Under the pieces are notes generated by a model. It was not told where the DNA came from and ran no database searches. It saw only the letters and a list, made by a program, of their open reading frames with translations. A program made the position numbers and the translations under genes. From Malacoraja senta (lineage: Eukaryota), in NCBI GenBank assembly GCA_038087875.1, contig CM075988.1:248001-312000 (forward strand): 64,000 nucleotides of DNA. The letters run 5' to 3'. This document shows positions 51,076 to 62,869 of this stretch, piece by piece; the stretch's first letter is position 1; every line of letters begins with the position of its first letter.

Positions 51076-51429
51076 CTCTCCCCCTTCTCTTTCACAGAGT
51101 TTGTCACCTGTTTTGGGCAGAATTTCTGGCAGTTTCTCAGCTGCCAGCCTGCCAGGTCCGAGTGACTGTACTGCCAGGCCGCAGTGACTGAGCTGCCTGG
51201 CCTCAGCGACGGAGCTGCGAGCCCAAGAATCCATTCGGCCCACAATGTCCATACTAGCCCTCTGGAAACCAGACCGTTCAGCCCACAACACCCATACTAG
51301 CGCAACAGAAAGCCCCCCCCCCCCACTCGCTGGCCAACAATATTGGAATTGGTGGAGAGGTCGAATATTGCGTTGGGTGACCAGGCCTCCCGTGTGATGC
51401 TCGGACCCAACAGGTCCCACTTAGTCCAG

Positions 51430-51600
51430 AAAATATATATATAGATATAGATATATAGAGATATATATATATATATAGATATATATATAGATATATATAT
51501 AGATATATATATATATATAGATATATATATAGATATATATATATATAGATATATATATAGATATATAGATAGATATATAGATATGGTATAATAATATATA
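51430..51600. repeat. (AT)n/(ATAG)n microsatellite
   Basis: Direct inspection; continues the AT tract seen near 43600. Confidence 0.95.
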
Positions 51601-52360
51601 GTTAAATAGACTACAACACAGATAAAGGCTCCCCATGGTTTAATATTTAATATGGGCATTGAACACTAGATGGCGCTTACTTTTCCGATCTCATTTTCTA
51701 ATTAGTTTAATTAATTAATGTGCAACCTTTGACACTGACGAGTTATGACTTCCTTCTCAATTATATTTCATCTAAATCTTTGCAAAATTTCATGTACGTG
51801 GGTCACGAAAATGGATTTCTAGACACATTTTTGATGCTCAGCCCACAGCCTACTGCTTTTGCCCTCTCCGACGCTAGTTGATACTGATCGCCTTCCTCAT
51901 ACCTCTTTCAATGTCCGTTCCGCATTTCTCAGCTACGTGTTCTAGAGCACCTGTTTGTACCTTCCTGTTTCCTGCAACTCTCTCCACACCTCACTCCTGC
52001 TCTCTCTCTCTCTCTCTTTCTCTGGACCGCGGCTCAACGTTGCCACGTACGAATGCACTTGTCCCAATAATATTACGGACTAAAGAAAAATACAGACTAT
52101 AAAGAATGACCCATACAGCAAACCATTTTATTTTAGACAATCGGATTCCTAAAGTTTCACGAATATTTGCTTCAACATCCCATATGACGTCCCCATCAGA
52201 AGGGGTCCGCTAGCCCTTACCGGTTTCCCTCTATTCCGTCTGCCTAAACCTGTCATGGCTTTGTCCATATCCTCTATCTTCACCAGTCCCAATGTTTTCC
52301 ACTCTAATTTGTCTACCTGGGTACAGCTCGCAGAATTGGCTTCTTGTCTGGAGTTCTCAC

Positions 52361-52453
52361 CTTGACAATCAGGAACACGGCTGGTGATGAATTGAATGCT
52401 CCGTAATACAATGTGATAACTGTAGCACGCTTGTTTCCTAATAAGTTTCCAAC
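52361..52453 (-). CDS. slc43a3: SLC43A3-like transporter, internal exon (93 bp, phase 0-0)
   Basis: ccccag|GTTGGA...GTCAAG|gtgag; translates [31 protein letters not shown], matching recalled SLC43A3 [31 protein letters not shown]. Confidence 0.92.
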
Positions 52454-52921
52454 CTGGGGGATGTTGAGGCACAAAATACAATCAGGGGAGTGCAGGCTAG
52501 CTTTTGAAAACCTCGCCCGACATTTCACCAAATAACTGGCTTTCAACCCGCAGGGAAAAAAGCTTTCCATGTTATGACCAGAGGCTCAGGTGACCTAAAT
52601 GAAGGGATATTCGGTCCATGATAATTTGGAGTTTTACTGGCTTTCCATTTGCAGATCAACGTACAGCTTTACCTGGGTTTCAAACTGAGGGAGTGAAGCC
52701 ACACGATTGTGCTGCGTGACGCTTTCGTGTATGGGCGGTACTGTGGGAACGCACCACCGCAGGACCCCGGGTTGCGAAGGCGTATCGCATTGTGAACGTT
52801 AGTCCCAGAGGTAGCGCAACAATTGGGGGGATGGGGGGTTGAATGAGGGGGAGCCGCAATGTGAAAGGAAGAGTGGTGCTGAGGGGCCATCAAATTGATG
52901 CTAATACTGGAGGTATGGGGT

Positions 52922-53335
52922 AATTTAGTTTAGTTTAGTGAATAGTGAAAAACATTTTGTTGCGTGCTCTCCAGTCAGCATTATTAGTACATTACATTAC
53001 ATTACAAAGTCAGTACATTATTACAATCAAGCCGTGCATCGTACATAGATATAGGATAAAGGGAATGACCTTTAGTGCAAGATAAAGTCCAGTAAACTCA
53101 ATTTAAAAATAGTCCTAGGGTCTCCACTGAGGTAGATGGTAGGTTAGGCCGCTCTCTCGTGACTGGATGGTTCAGTTACCTAGTAACAGCTGGGAAGAAA
53201 CTGTCCATGAATCTGGAGGCTTGCGTTTTCACACTTCTGTACCTCTTGCCTCACGGGATAGGGGAGAAGAGGGAATGTCCGAGGTGAGGCTCGTCCTTGA
53301 TAATGTTGGTGGATTTGCCGAGGCAGCGAGGTGCA
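52922..53335 (-). mobile_element. Rex1/Babar-like LINE 3' end
   Basis: (tttag)n tail and ggaagaaactgtcc..aatctgg..cttctgtacctcttgcc antisense 3' motif; family assignment from recall. Confidence 0.5.
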
Positions 53336-53338
53336 GAT

Positions 53339-56300
53339 GGTATGACATAGGTAGAAAAAGAGAAGAGGTCTTGAAAGGAGAATTTAGGGAGTTGGGAGGA
53401 GAGTTAAGGAGAAGGACTACAAAGGTAACAATCTCAGGATTACTACCTGTGCCACGCGACGGTGAGAGTAGGAATGGAGTGAGGTGGAGGATAAATGCGT
53501 GGCTGAGGAACTGGTGCAGCGGGCAGGGATTCAAATTTCTGGATAATTGGGACCTCTTTTGGGGAAGGTGTGACCTGTACAGAAAGGACGGGTTGCACTT
53601 GAACCCGAGGGGGACCAATATCCTGGCGGGGAGATTTGCAAAGGCTACTGGGGAGACTTTAAACTAGAACGGTTCGGGGGAGGGACTCAAATAGAGAAAG
53701 CTAGTGGAAAATGTGGGAGGCAGGAGGCAGAGAAGGGAAGCACTCGGACCCAAAATGTAGGGGAGAAAGAAGAAAAAGATAATAAACAGAGAATAAGTGG
53801 TGGTGGGTTTCTTAAATGTGTATATTTTAATGCTAGGAGCATTGTAAGAAAGGTGGATGAGCTTAGAGCCTGGATTGACACCTGGAAGTATGATGTTGTG
53901 GCGATCAGTGAAACATGGTTGCAGGAGGGCTGTGATTGGCAAATAAATATTCCTGGATTTCGTTGCTTCAGGGGTGATAGAATTGGAGGGGCAAGAGGTG
54001 GGGGTGTTGCATTGCTTGTCAAGGAAGATATTACAGCAGTGCTTTGGCAGGATAGATTAGAGGGCTCGTCTAGGGAGGCTATTTGGGTGGAACTGAGAAA
54101 TGGGAAAGGTGTAGCAACACTTATAGGGCTGTATTATAGACCGCCAAATGGGGAGCGAGAATTGGAAGAGCAAATATGTAAGGAGATAGCAGATATTTGT
54201 AGTAAGCACAAGGTAGTGATTGTGGGAGATTTCAATTTTCCACACATAGACTGGGAAACACATTCTGTAAAAGGGCTGGATGGTTTGGAGTTTGTAAAAT
54301 GTGTGCAAGATAGTTTTTTGCAGCAATACATAGAGGTACCTACTAGAGAATGGGCAGTGCTGGACCTCCTGTTAGGAAATGAGACAGGGCAGGTGGCGGA
54401 GGTATGCGTCGGGGAGCACTTCGGGTCCAGTGATCACAATACCATTAGTTTCAATATAATTATGGAGAGGGTCAGAACTGGACCTAGGGTTGAGATTTTT
54501 GTTTGGAGAAAGGCTAACTTTGAGGAGATGCGAAAGGATTTAAAAGGAGTGAATTGGGACATGTTGTTTTATGGGAAGGATGTAGAAGAAAAATGGAGGA
54601 CATTTAAGGGTGAAATTTTAAGAGTACAGAATCTTTATGTCCCTGTTCGGTTGAAAGGAAATAGTAAAAAATGGAAAGAGCCATGGTTTTCAAGGGAAAT
54701 TGGACACTTGGTTCGGAAAAAGAGAGAGATCTACAATATTTATAGGCAGCATGGACTAAATGAGGTGCTTGAGGAGTATAAAGAATGTAAAAAGAATATT
54801 AAGAAAGAAATTAGAAAAGCTAAAATAAGATATGGGGTTGCTTTGGCAAGTAAGGTGAAAGTAAATCCAAAGGGTTTCTACAGCTATATTAATAGCAAAA
54901 GGATAACAAGGAATAAAATTGGTCCATTAGAGAGTCAGAGTGGACAGCTATCTGCAGAGCCAAAAGAGATGGGGGAGATATTGAACAATTTCTTTTCTTC
55001 GGTATTCACGAAGGAGAAGGATATGGAATTATGTGAGGTAAGGGAAACAAGCAGATTAGCAATGGAAACTGTGAGATTCAAAGAAGAGGAGGTGCGGACA
55101 CTTTTGAAAAATATGAAAACGGATAAGTCTCCAGGTCCTGACAGGATATTCCCTAGGACATTGAGGGAAGTTAGTGTAGAAATAGCAGGGGCTATGACAG
55201 AAATATTTCAAATGTCATTAGAAACGGGAATAGTGCCGGAGGATTGGCGTACTGCGCATGTTGTTACGTTGTTTAAAAAGGGTTCGAAGAGTAAACCTAG
55301 CAATTATAGACCTGTTACTTTGACGTCAGTGGTGGGCAAATTAATGGAAAGGATACTTAAAGATAATATATATAAGCATCTGGATAAGCAGGGTCTGATT
55401 AGGAACAGTCAACATAGATTTGTGCCTGGAAGGTCATGCTTGACTAATCTTCTTGAATTTTTCGAAGAGGTTACTAGGGAAATTGATGAGGGTAAAGCAG
55501 TGGATGTTGTCTATATGGACTTCAGTAAGGCCTTTGACAAGGTTCCTCATGGAAGGTTGGTTAAGAAGATTCAACTGTTGGGTATTAATGGTGGAGTAGC
55601 AAGATTGATTCAACAGTGGCTGAATGGGAGATGCCAGAGAGTAATGGTGGATGGCTGTTTGTCAGGTTGGAGGCCGGTGACTAGTGGGGTGCCTCAGGGG
55701 TCTGTGTTGGGTCCACTGTTGTTTGTCATGTACATCAATGATCTGGATGATGGTGTGGAAAATTGGATTAGTAAGTATGCAGATGATACTAAGATAGGTG
55801 GTGTTGTGGATAATGAAGTAGATTTTCAAAGTCTACAGAGAGATTTAGGCCATTTGGAAGAGTGGGCTGAAAGATGGCAGATGGAGTTTAATGCTGACAA
55901 ATGTGAGGTGCTACATCTCGGCAGGACCATATAACCATATAACCATAACAGCACGGAAACAGGCCATCTCGGCCCTTCAAGTCCGTGCCGAACATTAAAA
56001 TGTTTTTTTTTTGTTTTTGTTTTTTTTAAATTAAAAATAAAATACTTCCCCCTAGTCCCATCTACCTGCACTCAGACCATAACCCTCCATTCCTTTCCCA
56101 TCCATATACCCATCCAATCTATTTTTAAAGGATAACATCGAACCTGCCTCCACCACTTCCACTGGAAGCTCATTCCACACAGCCACCACTCTCTGAGTAA
56201 AGAAGTTCCCCCTAATGTTCCCCCTAAACTTCTGTCCCTTAATTCTCAAGTCATGTCCCCTTGTTTGAATCTTCCCTACTCTCAATGGGAAAAGCTTATC

Positions 56301-59300
56301 CACGTCCACTCTGTCTAACCCGCTCATAATTTTAAAGACCTCTATCAAGTCCCCTCTTAACCTTCTGCGCTCCAAAGAATAAAGACCTAACTTGTTCAAC
56401 CTTTCTCTGTAACTTAGTTGCTGAAACCCAGGCAACATTCCAGTAAATCTCCTCTATACTCTCTCTACTTTGTTGACATCCTTCCTATAATTAGGCGACC
56501 AAAATTGTACTCCATACTCCAGAATTGGCCTCACCAATGCCTTGTACAATTTTAACATTACATCCCAACTTCTATATTCAATGCTCTGATTTATAAAGGC
56601 CAGCACACCAAAAGCTTTCTTTACCACCCTATCTACATGAGATTCCACCTTCAGGGAACTATGCACAGTTATTCCTAGATCCCTCTGTTCAACTGCATTC
56701 CTGAATTCGCTACCATTTACCGTGTACGTCCTATTTTGATTTGTCCTGCCGAGATGTAGCACCTCACATTTGTCAGCATTAAACTCCATCTGCCATCTTT
56801 CAGCCCACTCTTCCAAATGGCCTAAATCTCTCTGTAGACTTTGAAAATCTACTTCATTATCCACAACACCACCTATTTTAGTATCATCTGCATACTTACT
56901 AATCCAATTTTCCACACCTTCATCCAGATCATTGATGTACATGACAAACAACAGTGGACCCAACACAGACCCCTGAGGCACCCCACTAGTCACCGGCCTC
57001 CAACCTGACAAACAGCCATCCACCATTACTCTCTGGCATCTCCCATTCAGCCACTGTTGAATCCATCTTGCTACTCCACCATTAATACCCAACAATTGAA
57101 TCTTCTTAACCAACCTTCCATGAGGAACCTTGTCAAAGGCCTTACTGAAGTCCATATAGACAACATCCACTGCTTTACCCTCATCAATTTCCCTAGTAAC
57201 CTCTTCGAAAAATTCAAGAAGATTAGTCAAGCATGACCTTCCAGGCACAAATCCATGTTGACTGTTCCTAATCAGACCCTGCTTATCCAGATGCTTATAT
57301 ATATTATCTTTAAGTATCCTTTCCATTAATTTGCCCACCACTGACGTCAAACTAACAGGTCTATAATTGCTAGGTTTACTCTTCGAACCCTTTTTAAACA
57401 ACGGAACAACATGCGCAGTACGCCAATCCTCCGGCACTATTCCCGTTTCTAATGACATTTGAAATATTTCTGTCATAGCCCCTGCTATTTCTACACTAAC
57501 TTCCCTCAATGTCCTAGGGAATATCCTGTCAGGACCTGGAGACTTATCCGTTTTCATATTTTTCAAAAGTGTCCGCACCTCCTCTTCTTTGAATCTCACA
57601 GTTTCCATTGCTACTCTGCTCGTTTCCCTTACCTCACATAATTCCATATCCTTCTCCTTCGTGAATACCGAAGAAAAGAAATTGTTCAATATCTCCCCCA
57701 TCTCTTTTGGCTCTGCAGATAGCTGTCCACTCTGACTCTCTAATGGACCGATTTTATTCCTTGTTATCCTTTTGCTATTAATATAGCTGTAGAAACCCTT
57801 TGGATTTACTTTCACCTTACTTGCCAAAGCAACCTCATATCTTCTTTTAGCTTTTCTAATTTCTTTCTTAATATTCTTTTTACATTCTTTATACTCCTCA
57901 AGCACCTCATTTACTCCATGCTGCCTATAATTATTGTAGATCTCTCTCTTTTTCCGAACCAAGTGTCCAATTTCCCTTGTAAACCATGGCTCTTTCCATT
58001 TTTTACTATTTCCTTTCAACCGAACAGGGACATAAAGATTCTGTACTCTTAAAATTTCACCCTTAAATGTCCTCCATTTTTCTTCTACATCCTTCCCATA
58101 AAACAACATGTCCCAATTCACTCCTTTTAAATCCTTTCGCATCTCCTCAAAGTTAGCCTTTCTCCAAACAAAAATCTCAACCCTAGGTCCAGTTCTGACC
58201 CTCTCCATAATTATATTGAAACTAATGGTATTGTGATCACTGGACCCGAAGTGCTCCCCGACGCATACCTCCACCACTTGCCCTGTCTCATTTCCTAACA
58301 GGAGGTCCAGCACTGCCCCTTCTCTAGTAGGTACCTCTATGTATTGCTGCAAAAAACTATCTTGCACACATTTTACAAACTCCAAACCATCCAGCCCTTT
58401 TACAGAATGTGTTTCCCAGTCTATGTGTGGAAAATTGAAATCTCCCACAATCACTACCTTGTGCTTACTACTAATATCTGCTATCTCCTTACATATTTGC
58501 TCTTCCAATTCTCGCTCCCCATTTGGCGGTCTATAATACACCCCTATAAGTGTTGCTACACCTTTCCCATTTCTCAGTTCCACCCAAATAGCCTCCCTAG
58601 ACGAGCCCTCTAATCTATCCTGCCAAAGCACTGCTGTAATATCTTCCTTGACAAGCAATGCAACACCCCCACCTCTTGCCCCTCCAATTCTATCACGCCT
58701 GAAGCAACGAAATCCTGGAATATTTATTTGCCAATCACAGCCCTCCTGCAACCATGTTTCACTGATCGCCACAACATCATACTTCCAGGTGTCAATCCAG
58801 GCTCTAAGCTCATCCACCTTTCTTACAATGCTCCTAGCATTAAAATATACACATTTAAGAAACCCACCACCACTTATTCTCTGTTTATTATCTTTTTCTT
58901 CTTCAAATCAAAATAGGACGTACACGGTAAATGGTAGCGAATTGAGGAATGCAGTTGAACAGAGGGATCTAGGAATAACTGTGCATAGTTCCCTGAAGGT
59001 GGAATCTCATGTAGATAGGGTGGTAAAGAAAGCTTTTGGTGTGCTGGCCTTTATAAATCAGAGCATTGAATATAGAAGTTGGGATGTAATGTTAAAATTG
59101 TACAAGGCATTGGTGAGGCCAATTCTGGAGTATGGAGTACAATTTTGGTCGCCTAATTATAGGAAGGATGTCAACAAAATAGAGAGAGTACAGAGGAAAT
59201 TTACTAGAATGTTGCCTGGGTTTCAGCAACTAAGTTACAGAGAAAGGTTGAACAAGTTAGGTCTTTATTCTTTGGAGCGCAGAAGGTTAAGAGGGGACTT

Positions 59301-59710
59301 GATAGAGGTCTTTAAAATTATGAGCGGGTTAGACAGAGTGGACGTGGATAAGCTTTTCCCATTGAGAGTAGGGAAGATTCAAACAAGGGGATATGACTTG
59401 AGAATTAAGGGACAGAAGTTTAGGGGGAACATTAGGGGGAACTTCTTTACTCAGAGAGTGGTAGCTGTGTGGAATGAGCTTCCAGTGGAAGTGGTGGAGG
59501 CAGGTTCGATGTTGTCCTTTAAAAATAGATTGGATGGGTATATGGACGGGAAAGGAGTGGAGGGTTATGGTCTGAGTGCAGGTAGATGGGACTAGGGGGA
59601 AGTATTTATTTTTAATTAAAAAAATAAAAAAAAATTTAAATGTTCGGCACGGACTTGAAGGGCCGAGATGGCCTGTTTCCGTGCTGTTATGGTTATATGG
59701 TTATATGGTT
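53339..59710 (+). mobile_element. CR1 family B (SGNH esterase ORF1 end plus APE-RT ORF2), split by an antisense copy of itself
   Basis: DGLHLN esterase motif; ORF2 open to 55927 and resuming at 58904 through 59595; (tatatggt)n tail. Confidence 0.95.
55928..58903 (-). mobile_element. CR1 family B, 5'-truncated, near-complete ORF2 with one nonsense change
   Basis: 787-aa ORF ending ERV* where the sister copy reads ERVQ; frame continues at 56052-56438. Confidence 0.95.
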
Positions 59711-59849
59711 CCTGCAGTCAGTTTCTGGTTCAGAATTATCGCGAGGAAAATTTAATGTACAAAAGTGAGGCTATGCTTCATAATAAATGTGGGAAACGGA
59801 CTCTTGTGACCCTCTCCTCTGTGCCTTCCATATCCCATTAAATCATATT

Positions 59850-61258
59850 AGAGATGATATTCTAGAGAAGGAACTTCCAGTGAGGCGATATGGGTAGAAT
59901 TTAGAAATAAGAAGGGGTTGCTCACTTTGATGGGGTTGCAAAATGAACTCCCAATAGCCAGCGGGACATAGGCAACAAATCTGCTAGGGTATATTGGAAT
60001 GATAGGGTTCCAATAGCAGGTGATTGCTGCTTCCCAATTACAGATGGTGTCTGAAATCGTGCTAATTGTGTAACACTTGCTTAAGTAAGTCCAGAAAAGT
60101 ATAATCAAGCAATATGTAAACTGCCACTGGATAGGTGGCTATACTCGACTTCCTCTTGTGAAATGACACCAGGGAAATGTCAGTGGGGAAGCATTTTGGA
60201 ATTAATTGTATTAACCAAAATAGTGATCGAAAACTGCATGGTTGGTCAACAAGTTAAAATCTTAAATTGGAGTAAGGCTCGTTCAATGGCATTCAACAGG
60301 AAATTGTACAAGTTGACAGAAATAGGTTGTTTGGTGGGAAATGGACAACTGGCAAGTCAGATGCTTTTAAAAGTGAGATGGGGAGAATTTGGGGACAGCG
60401 TGTCATGGTACACCGAAAGGGAAGACTTGCAGATTTAGCAAGCCCTGGTTGATAAAGAATGTTCAGGCTCTCCTCAGAAAAACGAGGCATATGGGAGCTT
60501 GGCTCACGTGTCCCAGATTAGGGAGCCTGGCTCACGTGTCCCTTGAGTACAAAAGGATGTAAGATGTTAGATGGACATTAAGATGAAAATCAGAAGGCAA
60601 AAGGAGACGTAAGCTTTGACAAGTAAAGGAGAAACAAAAGGATTCTATACACATTTTTAAACTGAACTATTACCAGGGAGAAAGTGAATCCATGTGTGTA
60701 GCCAGACGCCATGTGCAAGGTCATGTAATACATATCGACTGTGCAGGGCAGGTCCTGGATGCTTGGGAGCACAAGGAAGAAAACAGTGATGTCCTGAGAC
60801 ACTTGGACATTACAAAGGAGATGTTGCCAGCCCTGGCCCGTATGAAGGTGGATAAAAAAAAAACGATCCCATGTCCAAGTGTACATGGGAAATTCAGGTT
60901 GGTAATGGACTCCAAGAAAGCCAATTTGTAGGGTGCCTCCAATATGGATTCTTAGAGCATCTTGTCGTGGAGCCTACCATGGAAAGTGCAATTCTGAATT
61001 TAGTGTTGTATAATCATCCTGACTTGATAAGGGTACTGAGGGTAAACAAACCACTGGGATGTACGTTTTTATCTGCAATTTGAATGCGAGAAGGTGGAAT
61101 CGAATGTGTCGGTATTGCAGCTGAACAAAGAGGACTGCAGAGGCATGGGGGAAGTACTGGCCAAAGTTTACATGAAAGGGACCCAAGCAGGAATGATGGT
61201 GAAACAGCAATGGCAGGAATTTCTGGGAATAATTCAGGAGATGCAGGCTCTTTATATT
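59850..61258 (+). mobile_element. Old CR1 endonuclease-region remnants
   Basis: gatatgggtagaatttagaaataagaaggg and VVEPT..AILNLV traces. Confidence 0.6.
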
Positions 61259-62838
61259 AGAAACATAGAAAATAGGTGCAGGAGGAGGCCATTCGGCCCT
61301 TCGAGCCAGCACCGCCATTCATTGTGATCATGGCAAATCGTCCCCTATCAATAACCCGTGCCTGCCTTCTCCCCATATCCCTTGGTTCCACTAGCCCCTA
61401 GAGCTCTATCTAACTCTCTCTTAAATCCATCCAGTGATTTGGCCTCCACTGCCCTCTGTGCCAGGGAATTCCATAAATTCACAACTCTCTGGGTGTAAAA
61501 AGTTTTTTCTCACCTCAGTCTTAAATGACCTCCCCTTTATTCTAAGACAGTGGCCCCTGGTTTTGGACTCACCCAACATTGGGAACATTTTCCTGCATCT
61601 AGCTTGTCCAGTCCTTATATAATTTTATATGTTTCTATAAGATTCCCCCTCATCCTTCTAAACTCCAGTGAATACAAACCTAGTCTTTTCAATCTTTCAT
61701 CAAATGACAGTCCCGCCATCCCAGGGATCAATCTCGTGAACCTACGTTGCACTGCCTCAATCACAAGGATGTCCTCCCTCAAATTAGGAGACCAAAACTG
61801 TACACAATACTCCAGATGTGGTCTCACCAGAGCCCTATACAACTGCAGAAGAACCTCTTTACTCCTACACTGAAATCCTCTTGTTATGAAGGCCAACATT
61901 CCATTAGCTTTCTTCACTGCCTGCTGTACCTGCACGCCAACTTTCAGTGACCGGTGTACAAGGACACCCAGGTCTCGCTGTACCTCCCCCTTACCTAACC
62001 TAACCCCATTGAGATAATAATCTGCCCCCTTGTTTTTGCCGCCAAAGTGGATAACCTCGCATTTATCTATATTATACTGCATCTGCCACGCATCTGCCCA
62101 TTCACTCAACCTGTCCAGGTCACCCTGCAGCCACCTAACATCCTCTCCACAGTTCACACTGCCACCCAGCTTTGTGTCATCCGCAAACTTGCTAGTGTTG
62201 CTCCTAATTCCCTCTTCCAAATCATTAATATATATGGTAAACAGTTGCGGCCCCAACACCGAGCCTTGCGGCACTCCACTCGCCACTGCCTGCCATTCTG
62301 AAAAAACCCGTTCACTCCTACTCTTTGTTTCCGGTCTGCCAACCAATGTTCTATCCATGTCAACACCCTACCCACAATACCATGTGCTCTGATTTTAGTC
62401 ACCAGTCTCCCGTGCGGGACCTTATCAAAGGCTTTTTGAAAGTCTAGATACACTACATCCACTGGCACCCCTTCATCCATTTTACTTGTCACATCCTCAA
62501 AAAATTCCAGAAGATTAGTCAAGCATGATTTCCCTTTCATAAATCCATGTTGACTTGGACTAATCCTTTCACTGCTATCCAAATGCCCCATTATTACCTC
62601 TTTAATAATTGACTCCGGTCTGTAATTCACCGTTTTCTCTCTCGCTCCTTCCTTGAAAAGTGGGATATCATTAGCTATCCTCCAATCCACAGGAACTGAT
62701 CCTGAATCTATTGAACATTGGAAACTGATCACCAATGCGTCCACTATTTCTAGAGCCACCTTCCTGAGGACCCTGGGATGCAGACCATCAGGCCCAGGGG
62801 ATTTATCATCCTTCAGTCCCATTAGCCTACCCAATAGC
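61259..62838 (-). mobile_element. CR1 (third family), RT to 3' UTR
   Basis: KSPGPDGLHP, GVPQGSVLGP and FADDTK motifs; frameshifted. Confidence 0.92.
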
Positions 62839-62869
62839 TAATAACCTACCCAATAGTTAATGGGTGACT

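Larger units (their letters stand above)
44186..51429 (+). mobile_element. Composite non-autonomous Helitron (tandem arrays, THAP fragment, nested CR1)
   Basis: Both ends resemble the ends of 15448-21773; degenerate 3' end ggaccc-aac-aggtcc-cacttagt-CCAG. Confidence 0.65.
42375..51852. mobile_element. Non-autonomous DNA transposon shell with long imperfect TIRs (Academ- or Harbinger-like) holding nested elements
   Basis: TAGGCTGTGGGCCGAG / CTCAGCCCACAGCCTA, plus colinear inverted blocks tttcgtgaccca, tgcaaagat, aactcgtca and tgcacatt. Confidence 0.75.

Noticed and set aside
51663..51677. CTCF-like motif ACACTAGATGGCGCT
   Set aside because: A single imperfect match within a transposon end; not supportable without ChIP data
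52673..52740. AG...GT-bounded 68-bp minus-strand segment with the right phases, ending in Q, as the next upstream SLC43A3 exon
   Set aside because: It translates to hydrophilic PPIHESVTQHNRVASLPQFETQ, unlike the hydrophobic TM exon expected; at most a cryptic exon
58648..59595. 315-aa ORF as a fusion gene
   Set aside because: Antisense CR1 sequence running by chance into the resumed host ORF2
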